Assembly (NCBI GenBank): GCA_051313645.2
Contig: JBNRSN020000496.1
Coordinates: forward strand, 124,001-188,000
Reading direction: 5' to 3'
Source of the DNA: Centroscyllium fabricii
Taxonomy: Eukaryota
Length of the DNA stretch: 64,000 nucleotides
Positions 37,390 through 50,468 of the stretch are shown here, piece by piece (positions within the stretch are counted from its first letter, which is position 1; the number at the start of each line of letters is the position of its first letter). Made by a program: the position numbers and the translations under genes. Below the pieces are notes generated by a model. It was not told where the DNA came from, made no database searches, and saw only the letters and a program-made list of their open reading frames with translations.

Positions 37390-40070
37390 GCTCCTCGCAC
37401 TTGTTGGAGATGATAAAAAATCACGGGATTAGGGGCAATATACTGGCATCGGTGGAGGATTGGCTATCTAACAGAAAACAGAGAATTGGGATAAATGGTT
37501 CATTCTCAGGTTGGCAATCAATGACTAGTGGTGTTCCGCAGGGGTCAGTGCTGGGACCCCAACTCTTTATAATCTATATTAACGATTTGGAGGAGGGGAC
37601 CGAGTGCAACGTATCCAAGTTTGCCGACGATACAAAGATGGGAGGGAAAGCAGTGAGTGAGGAGTGCATAAAAAACCTGCAAAATGACAGACAGGCTAAG
37701 TCAGTGGGCAGAGATTTGACAGATGGAATATAATGTTGGAAGGTGTGAGGTTATGCACTTTGGCAGGAAAAAAATCAAAGAGCAAGTTATTATCTAAATG
37801 GAGAGAAACTGCAAAGTGCTACAGTACAAAGGGATCTGGGGGTCCTGGTGCATGAAACACAGAAGGTTAGTCTGCAGGTACAGCAGGTGTCAGGAAGGCC
37901 AATGGAATCTTGGCTTTTATTGCAAGGGGGATGGAGTATAAAAGCAGGAAAGTCTTGCTGCAATTATACAGGGTACTGGTGAGGCCAGACCTGGAATACT
38001 GTGTACAGTTTTGGTTTCCATATTTAAAAGATATACTTGCTCTCGAGGCAGTTCAGAGAAGGTTCACTCAGTTGATTCCGGAGATGAGGGGGTTGACTTA
38101 TGAGGAAAGGTTGAGTAGGTTGGGCCTCTATTCATTGGAATTCAGAAGAATGAGAGTTAACAGGACATTTGGATAAACATAATTTAATAGGACAAAGTCA
38201 GCATGGTTTTATGAAGGGGAAGTCATGTTTGGCAAATTTGCTCGAGTTCTTGGAGGACGTAACATAGAGGGTGGATAAAGGGGAACCAGTGGATGTAGTG
38301 TATTTAGACTTCCAAAAGGCATTTGACAAGGTGCCACACAAAAGATTATTGCTCAAGATAAAAAATCACGGGGTTGGGAATAATATTCTGGCATGGGTGG
38401 AGGATTGGCTATCTAACAGAAAGCAGAGAGTTGGGATAAATGGTTCATTCTCAGACTGGCAATCAGTGACTAGTGGTGTTCCACAAGGGTCGGTGCTGGG
38501 ACCCCAACTCTTTACAATCTATATTAACGATTTGGAGGAAGGGACCAAGTGCAACATATCAAAGTTTGCGGACGATACAAAGATGGGAGGGAGAGTGATG
38601 AGTGAGGTGGACATTAAAAACCTGCAAAAGGACATAGATAGGCTAAGTGAGTGGGCAGAGATTTGACAGATGGAATCTAATACTGGAATGGGTGAGGTTA
38701 TGCACTTTGGCAGGAAAAATAATAGAGCGAGTTATTATCTTAATGGAAAGAAACTGGAAAATACTTCAGTGCAAAGGGATCTGGGGGTCCTGGTGCAGGA
38801 AACACAAAAGGTTAGTATGCAGGTGCAGCTGGTGATCAGGAAGGCCAATGGAATGTTGGCTTTTATTGCTAAGGGGATGGAGTATAAAAGCAGGGAGGTC
38901 TTGCTGCAGTTGTACAGGGTATTGGTGAGACCACACCTGGAGTACTGCGTGCAGTTCTGGTGTCCATATTTAAGAAAAGACATACTTGCTCTCGAGGCAG
39001 TGCAAAGAAGGTTCACTAGGTTAATTCCGGGGATGAGGGGGCTGACATATGACGAGAGGTTGAGTAGATTGGGCCTCTACTCGTTGGAGTTCAGAAGAAT
39101 GAGAGGCGATCTTATTGAAACATATAAGATTGTGAAGGGGCTTGATCGGGTGGATGCGGTGAGGATGTTCCCAATGGTGGGTGAAACTAGGATTAGGGGG
39201 CATAATCTTAAAATCAGGGGCTCCCCTTTCAAAACTGAGATGAGGAGAAACTTCTTCACTCAGAGGGTGGTGGGGCTGTGGAATTTGCTGCCCCAGAGAG
39301 CTGTGGAAGCTACTACATTGAATAAATTTAAAACAGAGATAGACAGTTTCCTGGAAGTAAAGGGAATTAGGGGTTATGGTGAGCGGGCAGGTAAGTGGAC
39401 GTGAGGCTAGGTTCAGATCGGCCATGTGATCCCCTGGACCAGTTTCGATTGCCTGGATGGGTCGGAGAGGAATTTCCCAGATTTTTTCTCCCAAATTGGC
39501 AACTGGGTTTTTAATCTGGTTTTTCGCCTCTCCCGGGAGATCACATGGGTTCGGGCGGGATGGAGAGTGAAAGTAGATTTGAGGTTAGGATCAGATCAGC
39601 CGTGATCTTGTTGAATGGCGGAGCGGGCTCGAGGGGTCGACTGGCCGACTCCTGCTCCTATTTCTTATGTTCTTATGTTAATCTTACCGAAACATATAAG
39701 ATTGTGAGGGGGTTTGATCGGGTGGATGCGGTGAGGATGTTTCCACTGATGGGTGAGACTAGAACTAGGGGGCATAATCTGAGAATAAGGGGCTGTCCTT
39801 TCAAAACTGAGATGAGGAGGAACTTCTTCACTCAGATGGTAATAAATCTAAGGAATTTGCTACCTCAGAGTTGTGGAAGCTGAGACATTAAATAAATTTA
39901 AAACGGAGATAGACAGTTTCCGAGAAGTAAAGGCAATAAGGGGTTACGGGGAGCGGGCAGGGAAGTGGACATGAGTCAAAGTTCGGATCAGCCATGATCC
40001 TATTGACTGGCGGAGCAGGCCCGAGGGGCCGTATGGCCGACTCCTGCTCCTACTTCTTATGTTCTGATGT
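37390..40070 (+). mobile_element. Older CR1 containing a younger same-orientation CR1 (38161-39676)
   Basis: The host frame breaks at EFRRMR and resumes at NLTETYK. GTTAA is duplicated at 38156-38160 and 39677-39681. Confidence 0.9.
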
Positions 40071-40327
40071 TCGGGGAAGGGAAGAGGGGTTTAAGGAAAT
40101 GGTTGGTAGCTGGGGAGGTTACCTTTGTGTTCATGGCCCTCGAGTAGTGAAATTAACAATCTATTTACCTATCTTAAAATTCATAGGAAACAAAATGAAG
40201 ATCTTTTGGTTTAAAGCAAGAGCGAGCTCCAACTCCATCACAACAGTAACCCTCTCATTCAGCAGGAAAGCCAACAGATCCGAGAGGTGGTCAGTCCCAA
40301 TGACTCCCTGGTCGTTGGGTCACTTAC

Positions 40328-40535
40328 CAAGCATTTGTCTGGGTTGGTGCAGCCCGCAGTCCCCCTGCATGCTCATCGATTCTTCGGTAATGGTGATCAT
40401 CCCTTCCTCCATCGTGGGGAACTCCTCAAGGGTCCGTTCGCGCTCGGCGCCAGCCAGGAGCAGCCGAGCCACAGGCGCTGAAGTCATTTCTCCGCTATCT
40501 GCTTCTGCTTGGAGTTGGGGCCATGACTCACTGTC
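40328..40535 (-). CDS. ALMS1: ALMS1 exon (comparable to human exon 3), 208 nt, phase 0-1
   Basis: Acceptor ctttctctgtag|GAC and donor TTG|gtaagt. DSESWPQL...EEFPTMEEGMIT resembles human ALMS1 TESWHCL...DFPSLEEGILT as recalled. Confidence 0.9.
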
Positions 40536-40599
40536 CTACAGAGAAAGCAGGGAACACAGCAAGTGAATGGGTGGAGCACTGCTCCGAGTGCAGTAACAC

Positions 40600-41600
40600 C
40601 GAGTCGACAGCGCAGAAACAGGTCACTCGGCCCAACAGGTCCGTGCCGGGGTTTATGCTCCACACCAGCCTCCTCCCACCCCTCTTCATCTCATCCCATC
40701 AGCATCCCCTTCTGTTCCTCTCTCCCTCGTGTGTTTATCCAGCTTCCCCTTAAATCCATCGATACTATTCACCTCAACCACTCCCTGTGGCAGCGAGTTC
40801 CGCATTCTAACCGCTCTCTGGGCTAAGAAGTTTCTTCTGAATTTCCTATTGGATTTATTAGTGACTATTTTATATTTATGATCCCTAGTTCTGGTCTCCC
40901 CCACAAGTGGAAACATTTTCTCCACTTCTATCCTACCAAACCCTTCCATAAACTCTACCAGTTGTCACACATTTGGTTCTGGATTGAACTAACAGTGTGT
41001 TTTCTTCAACACATTTGTGCTCAATAAACTCATTGAAATGCTGTTATGCTGAACCCTTTATAAAGCGCTGGTTAGGGCACGACTGGATTATTGCGTCCAG
41101 TTCTGGTCCCCACACTTTAGGAAGGATGTGAAGGCCCTTGAGAGGGTGCAGAGGAGATTTACCAGAATGGTTCCGGGGATGGGGGATCTTAGCTACAAGG
41201 ACAGGTTGGAGAAGCTGGATTTGTTTTCATTAGAGCAAAGGAGGTTGAGGGGTGATTTGCTAGAGGTGTATAAGATTATGATGGGTTTGGATAGGCTAGA
41301 CGGGGAAAGGCTGTTCCCACTAGTTGACGGTACAAGGACTAGGGGACACAGATTTAAGGTTTAGGGCAAGAGATACAGGGGGATGTGAGGAAAAACTTGT
41401 TTTCACACAGCGAGTGGTGAGGACCTGGAACTCGCTGCCGACGGAAGTGGTGGAAGCGGAGACACTCGATGTTTTCAAGGGGAGACTGGATAGGCACTTG
41501 AGGGAAATAAACTTGCAGGGACACGGGGATAGAGCGGGGGGAATGGGGCTGACTGGATTACTCTAGAGAGCCAGCACGGACACGATGGGCTGAATGGTCT
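40600..41600. mobile_element. Two CR1 3' fragments (minus 40600-40950, plus 41040-41600)
   Basis: RT C-terminal ORFs 40686..40949 and 41128..41566. Confidence 0.85.
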
Positions 41601-41605
41601 GAATG

Positions 41606-42150
41606 GAACAGCAGTAGGCAAGATGGCGGCGCGTGTACACGCAGCGGCTTTGCGTCTCCGGAGTTAACGCTGTCCGCTGCAGTTCTGGGTCTGTTCGCTT
41701 GGAGGGGACGGCATGGTCGGCGAGGTGGTGTACCGGGGTCGGCGCGGCAGAGTTGTCGGAGCGCCAGGGTGTCTGCGGTCGGAGTATCGGGGGCGCACTG
41801 AGGCCGGCATGGTCGGAGCGCCGAGGCCTTGAGGACTGAGTGTTGGAGCCGGAGCCTGCGTGGTCGCTGAGGTCGGCGTGCCGGGCCCTGCGTGGTTGGA
41901 GTGCCGGGGCCTTGGTCACCGAGGTCGGCGCGCCGGAGCCTGCGTGGTCGTGGCGCCGGAGGTCGGCGAGTTCGTGGTGCCGGGGCCTGCATGGTTGGAG
42001 CACCGGGGCCGTCATGGAGTGGAACAGACTGGGACTTCAGTGGGGGACATTTTGACATCTGCGTTGTTCTTGGGGGTTTGGCAAGAACTGCATTTCATTG
42101 TATGGTGTTTGTTCGCTATGCAATGACAAATAAATTGAATCTGAATCTGA
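41606..42150 (+). mobile_element. Non-autonomous Rex1-related retroelement with internal GC-rich repeats
   Basis: 5' ATGGCGGCGCGTGTACACGCAGCGGCTTT matches the Rex1 start in 27 of 29 positions. 3' end TGCAATGACAAATAAA with a (TGAATC)n tail. Confidence 0.7.
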
Positions 42151-42484
42151 ATGAAAGGATACAGAAAAGAGCTATCAGAATGATGGAGGGAATGGTAGAA
42201 TTGGATTATGAGGAGCGATTGCGTAAACTGGGCATGTTTCTATAGAAAAGAGAAGGTTGCGAGCTGATCTAATTGCTGTTTTTAGCATTCTAAAGGGAGT
42301 AGATCAGGTCAACCATGGTCCGAGTACAGAAATCACTAAAGCTGCTTCACCTTGTCCAGAACGCTCAAACCAGACGGCACGGCCTGTGCTTGAAGGGTGA
42401 AAATTGAAAAACTAGTCTTTGGAGACATTATTTCAGTCAGTGAGTGGTAAATCAGGACACCAGGACATCATCTTCCAATAGTGT

Positions 42485-42601
42485 CACGGGGTCTTTAACA
42501 TCCGACCAGACCACTGGAACAAGCAGGCAGGGCATCAGTTTAAAGTCTCACCTGAAGGATGGCACCTTCGACAATGTTGCACTCCTTCATTACTGCACTG
42601 G
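42485..42601 (-). mobile_element. Old Deu-domain SINE core fragment
   Basis: Reverse complement CAGTGCAGTAATGAAGGAGTGCAACATTGTCGAAGGTGCCATCCTTCAGGTGAGACTTTAAAC. Confidence 0.65.
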
Positions 42602-42606
42602 GGTAT

Positions 42607-42896
42607 TGTGGTGATACGGTTTACCACTAATGCTGTACGGTATATAGTTATCTGGACACTAATACTGTATTATACTTGGTTACCTCTTGTCCACCTGAGA
42701 TCTACCTAGGATGCCTTCAGCCGGCTCCGCCTCCGGGCTCCACCCACAGGCTGCCGTATAAAGGTCACAGTCCTGCTGACCTCGTGGCATTCCAGGACCG
42801 GTTAGTAACAAGACAAGACCTGTACTCCAGTTCTTAGTTAATAAAAGCCTCAGTTGTATTCTTAACTTCGTCCGGAGTATAATTGATCGTGCATCA
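42607..42896 (+). mobile_element. Solo LTR, 290 bp
   Basis: TG...CA termini, 5-bp TSD GGTAT, TATAAA and AATAAA. Confidence 0.85.
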
Positions 42897-45062
42897 GGTA
42901 TTACTTCAGATTGCAAGATCAAATTCCTGGTCTGGAGCTCGAATCCACAGACTTCCAACCTTGCAGGCAATGGGTATGTACTCCATATGTAGTGATTAGT
43001 GGTGTCCCTCGGGATCTGTACTGGGGCCGCAGGTTTTCACTATATTTATCAATGACTTGGATGAAGGAGTAGAGAGCCGTATATCAGAGTTTGCAGCTGA
43101 CTCTAAGTTAGGAGGCACAGTGAACAGTGTAGATGGGAGCAGAACGCAGCAAATGGGACATTGATAGATTGTGAGTGGGCAAAACTGTGGCAGATGGAGT
43201 TCAATGTGGGGAAGAGTGAGCGCATCTACTTGGGACCCAAGAAAGATAAATCAGAGTGCAGAAATCACTAAAACTAGTGGACAAAATAATTCAAAAGGCG
43301 AATGGAATGTTGGCCTTTATCTCCCGGGGTCTGGAACACAAAGGGGTGGAGGTTCTGTTCCCGCTGTACCGAGCTCTGGTCAGACCCCACCTGGACACTG
43401 CGTTCCGCCCCTCAGGAAGGAGATATTGGCCTCGGAGGGGAAGCAGCCCAGATTCACCAGGATGATATCGGGGCTAAAAGGGTTAAATTAGGAGGCCAGG
43501 TTGCACAGACTGGGCTTGTATTGCCCTGAATATACATAGAAACATCGAAGATAGGAGCAGGAGTCGGCCATTCGGCCCCTCGAGTCTGCTCCGCCATTCA
43601 ATGAGATCACGGCTGATCATTCAGATTCAGTACCCTGTCCCTGCCTTCTCCCCATATCCCTTGATACCTTTAGCTCTAAGAAATGTATCTAACTCCTTCT
43701 TGAATATATTTAATGAATTGGCCTCTACCGCCCTCTGTGGCAGAGAATTCCACAGGTTCACTACTCTCTGGGTGAAGAAACTCTTCCTCATCTCTGTCCT
43801 AAATGGCTTACCCCTTATCCTTAGACTGTGCCACCTGGTTCTGGACTCTCCGGCCATCAGGAACATTCTTCCTGCATCTAGTTTGTCCAGACCTGTCAGA
43901 ATTTTATAAGTTTCAATGAGATCCCCTCTCATTCCTCTAAATTCTCCAGTGAGTATAAGCCCAATCGACCCAATCCCTGCTCACGTCATTCCTGCCATCC
44001 CAGGAATCAGCCTTGTGAACCTTCGCTGAACTCGTTCCATGGCAAGAACATCCTTCCTCAGATAAGGCGACCAAAACTGCACACAGTACTCAAGGTGCGA
44101 TCTCACCAAGGCCCTGTACAACTGCAGCAGGACATCCTTGTTCCTGTACTCAAACCCTTTAGCTGTGAAGGCCAACCTCCCATTTGCCTTCCTCACCGCC
44201 TGCTGCACCTGCATGCTTACCTTCAACGACTGGTGCACAAGAACACCCAGGTCTCGTTGCACTTCCCCGTCTCCCAATAGAAACATAGAAGATCGGAGCA
44301 GGAGTAGGCCATTCGGCCCCTCGAGCCTGCTCCACCATTCAATGAGATCATGGCTGATCATCCAAACTCAGTACCCTGTCCTATTCTATTTCCATTCAGA
44401 TAATAATCAGCCTTTCTGTTTTTGACACCAAAGTGGATAACCTCACATTTATCCACATTATATTGCATCTGCCACACTTCTGCCCAATCACCCAACCTAT
44501 CCAAATCATCCTGGAGTTTCTCGGTATCCTCCTCGCAGCACACACGCCCACCCAGCTTTGTGTCGGCTGCAAACTTGGAGATATTACATCTAGTTCCCTT
44601 ATCTAGATCATTAATATATATTGTGAATAGCTGGGGTCGAAGGACTGATCCCTGCGGGACCCCACTAGTCACTGCCTGCCACTCGGAAAAAGACCCATTA
44701 ATTCCTACTCTCCGCTCTCTGTCCGCCAACCAGTTCTCTATCCAAGTCAATACCTTGCCCCCAATCCCATGTGCCTTAACTTTACATGCTAATCTCTTAT
44801 GCGGGACCTTATCGAAAGCCTTTTGAAAGTCCAAATACATCACATCTACTGGTTCTCCCTTATCTATTTTCCCAGTTCAAAAAACTCCAGTAGATTAGTC
44901 AAGCACAATTTACCTTTTGTAAATCCATGTTGACTTTCTCCGATCCTGTCACTGTTTTCCAAGTGCTCCGCTATTACATCCTTTAGAATGGACTCTAGCA
45001 TTTTCCCCACTACCGATGTCAGGCTTACCGGTCTGTAACTCCCCGCTTTCTCTCTACCACCC

Positions 45063-45337
45063 TGTGGTAACCCATAATATGTATATGTACCACTGAATTA
45101 TTGTTGCCAACAATTGGCTGTGTGTGATACACAGCCTGTAACACTGTCGTGGAGCCAGGTCAGCCACACCTCTAACTCCTCCCCCAGGTGAGGCCTTTAT
45201 AGGTGAGGACTGACCGAGGCTCCCTCATTCTGTTCTGATGTTCGTTCGGAGGGTAGCTCCAAAGTAAGTTATTAAAAGCCTATAGTTACGGTAACTACTC
45301 GTCCAGTCTTTTATTAAGAGATATTGACGATATGTCA
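45063..45337 (+). mobile_element. Solo LTR, 275 bp
   Basis: TG...CA termini, 5-bp TSD CACCC, ATTAAA signal. Confidence 0.85.
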
Positions 45338-46504
45338 CACCCTTTTTGAATAGTGGGGTAACATTAGCCATCCTCCAATCCATGGGCACAGTTCCAGATT
45401 CCAGCGAATGTTGAAAGATGATCAGCAATGCATCTACTATTTCTAGGGCCACTTCCTTAAGTACCCCAGGATGTAGATTATCCGGCCCTGGGGATTTATC
45501 GGCCTTCAATCTCATCAATTTCCCTAACACCATTTCCCTACAAATACTGATTTCTTTCAGTTACTCCCTTTCATCAGACCCTATGCTCTCCAACATCTCT
45601 GGGAGGATATTTGTGTTTTCCTTTGTGAAGACAGAACCAAAATATGCATTTAATTGGTCTGCCATTTCTTTGTTCCCCATTATAAATTCCCCTGATTCTG
45701 ACTGCAAGTGACCTGCACTTGATTTCACTAATCTTTTTCTCTTACAGTCAGTTTTTATGTTCCCTGCAAGCTTACTTTCACATTCTATTTTCCCCTTCTT
45801 AATTAATCCCTTTGTCCTCCTTTGTTGAATCCTAAACTGCTCCCAATCCTCAGGGTTACTGCTTTTTCTGGCCAATTTATATGCCCTTTCCTTGGATCTT
45901 ATGATATCCCTAATTAGCCACGGTTGAGTCACCCTTTTTGTTTTATTCTTATGCCAAACTGGGATGAACTCATTCTGTAGTTCATCCATGCGATCTTTGA
46001 ATGTTTGCCATTGCCTATCCACTGTCAACCCTTTGAGTGACATTCCGCAATCAATCCTACCCAATTCGATCTCACACCATCGCAGTTTCCTTTATTTAAA
46101 TTCAGGACCCTAGTCTCTGAGTCAACTACTTCACTCTCCATCCTAATAAAGAATTCTATCATATTATGATCGCTCTGACCCAAGGGGCCCCGTACAACAA
46201 GATTGCTAATTAATTTTCTCATTACATAATACCCAGTCTAATATGGCTTGATCTCTGGTTGGTTCCTCGACATATTGTTCCAGATAACCATCCCGTAAAC
46301 ATTCTAGGATTTCCTCCTCCACAGTATTTTTACTAATTTTTGCTAGCCCAATCTATATGTAAATTAAAGTCACCCATGATGACAGCTGTGCCCTTACTGC
46401 ATGCTTCTCTAATTTCCCTTTTAATGCCTTCCCCAACCTCAGTATTACTGTTTGGCAGTCTATATACCACTCCCACTAACGTTTTCTGCCCCATGATATT
46501 TCTC

Positions 46505-46587
46505 ATGATGTGGAGGTGCCGGTGTTGGACTGGGGTGGACAAATGCAAGAAGTCACACATAACCTGGTGTTGTGTGACTTCTTGCAT
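46505..46587. mobile_element. Very short inverted Penelope-end insertion
   Basis: Minus-strand tail joined to a plus-strand AACCTGGTGTTGTGTGACTTCTTGCAT. CATGATATTT occurs on both sides. Confidence 0.75.
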
Positions 46588-47274
46588 GATATTTTTCAGT
46601 TCCACCCATACAGATTCCACATCATCAGAGTTAATATCCTTCCTTTCAATTGTGTTAATCCCCTCTTTAACCAGCAATGCTTCCCCACCTCCCTTTCTTT
46701 ATTGCCTATCCTTCCTAAATATTGAATACCCCTGGATGTTGAGTTCCCAGCCTTGGCCACCCTGGAGCCATGTTTCGGTAATCCCAATCAAATCATATTC
46801 GTTTGCCTCTATTTCCGCAGCTAATTCATCCACCTTGTTCCGAATGCTCCTTGTATTAAGACACAAAGCCTTCAGGCTTGTTTTTTCCACGCTCTCAGAC
46901 CGATATGAATTATTATTTCCTGTGACGATATTTGATTTAAACCGTTGATTTCTCTGCCTTCTAATTTTGCTTTTCTCCTTTCTGTCTTTTACTTTTATTC
47001 TTGTTTCCCTTTCTTCTGTCTCCCTGCTCAGGTTCCCAACCCCCTGCCACTTTAGTTTAAATGTTCCCCAACAGCACTAGCAAACACTAAGGCATTGGTC
47101 CCGGCCCTGCCCAGGTGCAAACCATCCCGTTTGTACAGGTCCCAGCTCCCCCAGAACCGGTTCCAATGTCCAAGGAATTTGAATCACTCCCCCTTACACC
47201 ATTCCTCTAGCCACATATTCAATTGTAATATCCTTCTATTTCAACTCTGACTATCATGTGGCACTGGTAGCAAT

Positions 47275-48167
47275 CATTCAGCACCATTCGAGACTCATCA
47301 GATACTGACGCAGTCCATGTCCATATGCAGCAAGACCTGGACAACATTCAGACTTGGGCTGACAAGTGGCAAGTAACATTCACACCACACAAGTGCCAGG
47401 CAATGACCATCTCCAACAAGCGAGACTCTAACCATCTCCCCTTGACATTCAATGGCATTATCATCGCTGAATCCCCCACTATCAACATCCTGGGGGTTAC
47501 TATTGATCGGAAATTGAACTGGACCAGCCATATAAATACTGTGGCTACAAGAGCAGGCCAGAGGCTGGGAATTCTGCGGCGAGTGTCTCACCTCCTGACT
47601 CCCCAAAGCCTTTCCACCATCTACAAGGCACAAGTCAGGAGTGTGATGGAATACTCTCCATTTGCCTGGATGAGTGCAGCTCCAACAACACTCAAGAAGC
47701 TCGACACCATTCAGGATAAAGCAGGCCGCTTGATTGGCACTCCATCCACCACCTTCAACATTCACTCCTTCCACCACCGGCGCACTGTGGCTGCAGTGTG
47801 TACCGTCTACAAGATGCACTGCAGCAACTCGCCAAAGCTCCTTCAACAGCACCTTCCAAACCCGCGACCTCTACCACTTAGAAGGACATGGGCAGCAGAT
47901 GCATGGGAACAGCACCACCTACAAGTTCCCCTCCAAGCCACACACCATCCTGACTTGGACCTGTATCGCCGCTCCTTCACTGTGGCTGGGCCAAAATCCT
48001 GGAACTCCCTTCCGAACAACATTGTGGGTGTACCTACACCATATGGACTGCAGCAGTTCAAGAAGGCGGCTCACCACCATCTTCTCAAGGGCAATTAGGG
48101 ATGGGCACTAAATGCAGGCCTAGCCAGCCAGCAACGCCCACATCCCATCAATCGATTAAAAAAAAAT
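47275..48167 (+). mobile_element. 5'-truncated family B LINE inside CR1 ORF1
   Basis: ORF 47325..48098 (QQDLDNIQTWADKWQVTF...HHHLLKGN) followed by an A tail. Confidence 0.9.
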
Positions 48168-49174
48168 CCTGAGATTACTACCTTTGAGGTCCTATTTTTT
48201 AATTTACCTCCTAACTCCCTATATTCTGCTTATAGGACCTCATCCCGTTTTTTACCTATATTGTTGGTGCCTATGTGCACCACGACAACTGGCTGTTCGC
48301 GCTCCCCCTCCAAAATGTTCTGTAGCCGCTCCGAGACATCCTTGACCGTTGCACCATGGAGGCAACATACCATCCTGGAGTTTCGTTTGCAAATTATAGA
48401 AGATTAGTGGCTGATTTAATCAAGGTGTTTAAGATGATTAAAGTATTTGATGGGGTAGAGCGAGAGAAACTGTTTCCTCTGGTGCTGGGGGGGTCCAGAA
48501 CGAGGGGGCAGAACCTTCAAATTAGAGCCAGGCCGTTCAGGTGTGATGTCAGGAAGCACTTCCTCACACAGAGGGGGGTAGAAATGTGGAACTCTCTTGT
48601 CCAAAGAGCTGTTGAGGCTGAGGGTCAAATGGAGCTTTCAACACTGTGATTGACAAGAGTTTTGTCAGGCAAGGTTATTAAGGGATATGGAACCAAGGCG
48701 TTAATGGAGTTAAGATACGGATCAGCCCCGATCTCATTGAATAGCAGAACAGGCTCGAGGGGCTGAAGGGCCTCCTCCTGTTCCTAGAGGCATAAGTGCT
48801 ACCAACTGAGCCAAGCCGACACCTTGAGGTCAGACAGCGTGCCAACATGGGGATGGCAGTGTGGTGGTTATGTTACTGGACCAGTAATCAAAGATTGGCA
48901 GGCAAAACAGTAATCAATGGGCTGCCTTGAAAGAGGAGATGGTTCGGGTACAGTTGAGGTACATTCTCACGAGGGGGAAAAGTAGGGCAACCAGAGTCAG
49001 AGCTCCCTCGATAAACAAAGGAGATAGCGAATAAGGTGAAGCAGAAAAAGGGGGCATATGACAGATGCCAGGTTGAGAATACAAGTGAGAACCAGGCTGA
49101 ATACAGAAAGTTCAGAGAAGTGAAAAAGAATTAAGAGAGGCAAAGAGAACGTTTGAGAATAGATTGGCAGCTAA

Positions 49175-50468
49175 GGATTAATTAAGGATAGTCAGCATGG
49201 CTTTGTCAAGGGAAGATCATGTCTGACTAATTTGATTGAATTTTTTGAAGGGTTGACCAGGTGTGTGGATGAGGGTAGTGCAGTGGATGTGGTATACATG
49301 GATTTTAGTAAGGCTTTTGATAAGGTCCCACATAGGAGACTGGTCAAGAAGGTAAGAGCCCATGGGATCCAGGGCACCTTGGCACAGTGGATCCAAAACT
49401 GGCTTAGTGACAGGAGGCAGAGGGTGATGGTCAAAGGTTGTTTTTGTGACTGGAAGCCTGTGTCCAGTGGGGTACCGCAGGGATCGGTGTTGGGTCCCTT
49501 GCTGTTTGCAGTCTATATTAATGATTTAGCTATGAATGTAAAAGGCATGATCAGTAAGTTTGCAGATGACACAAAAGTTGGTGGGTTGGTAAATAGCGAG
49601 GAGGAAATCCGCAACATGCAGGATGACATAGATGAGTTGGTCAGATGGGCGGAACAGTGGCAAATGGAATTTAATCCTGAAAAGTGTGAGGTGATGCATT
49701 TCAGTAGGTCTAACATGGCAAGGGAATACACCATGAATGGTAGGACCCTAGGGAAGACAGAGGATCAGAGGGACCTTGGTGTGCAGGTACATAGATCCCT
49801 GAAGGCATCAGGACAGGTAGATAAGGTGGTTAAAAAGGCATATGAGATACTTGCCTTCATTAGCCGAGGCATAGAATATAAGAGCAGGGAGGTTATGATG
49901 GAGCTGTACAAAACGTTGGTAAGGCCACAGCTGGAATACTGTGTGCAGTTCTGGTCGCCACACTATAGGAAGGATGTGATAGCTTTGGAAAGGGTGCAGA
50001 GGAGATTCACCAGGATGCTGCCTGGGCTGGAGCGCTTCAGCTATGAAGAGAGACTGGACAGGCTGGGGTTGTTTTCCTTGGAGCAGAGAAGGCTGAGGGG
50101 GGACCTGATTGAGGTGTACACAATTATGAGGGGCATAGATAGGGTGAATAGAAAGGAACTTTTCCCCTTGCTAGAGGGGTCAATAACAAGGGGGCATAGT
50201 TTCAAGGTAAGGGGCGGGAGGTATCGTGGGGATGTGAGGAAGAACTTTTTCACCCAGAGGGTGGTTGGAATCTGGAACTCACTGCCTGAGAGGGTAGTAG
50301 AGGCGGGAACCCTCACAACATTCAAAAAACATTTGGATGAGCACTTGAAATGCCACAGCATACAAGGCTACGGACCAAATGCGGGAAAATGGGAGTAGTA
50401 TAGACTGGGATTATTGGGCGGCACGGACGCGATGGGCCTCTTTCTGTGCTGTATTACTCTGTGACTCT
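49175..50468 (+). mobile_element. CR1 LINE RT, intact 388-aa frame, nested in an older CR1 (about 48890-51790)
   Basis: [23 protein letters not shown] and FADD motifs. Confidence 0.93.

Larger units (their letters stand above)
43535..48390 (-). mobile_element. Long CR1 LINE with ORF1 SGNH-esterase region, ORF2 and 3' UTR, carrying four nested insertions
   Basis: ORF1 VVVVHIGTN (about 48270) and DGLHL (about 47120). ORF2 runs from LCLNTRSIRNK to GYGEKAGTGY. Confidence 0.92.
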
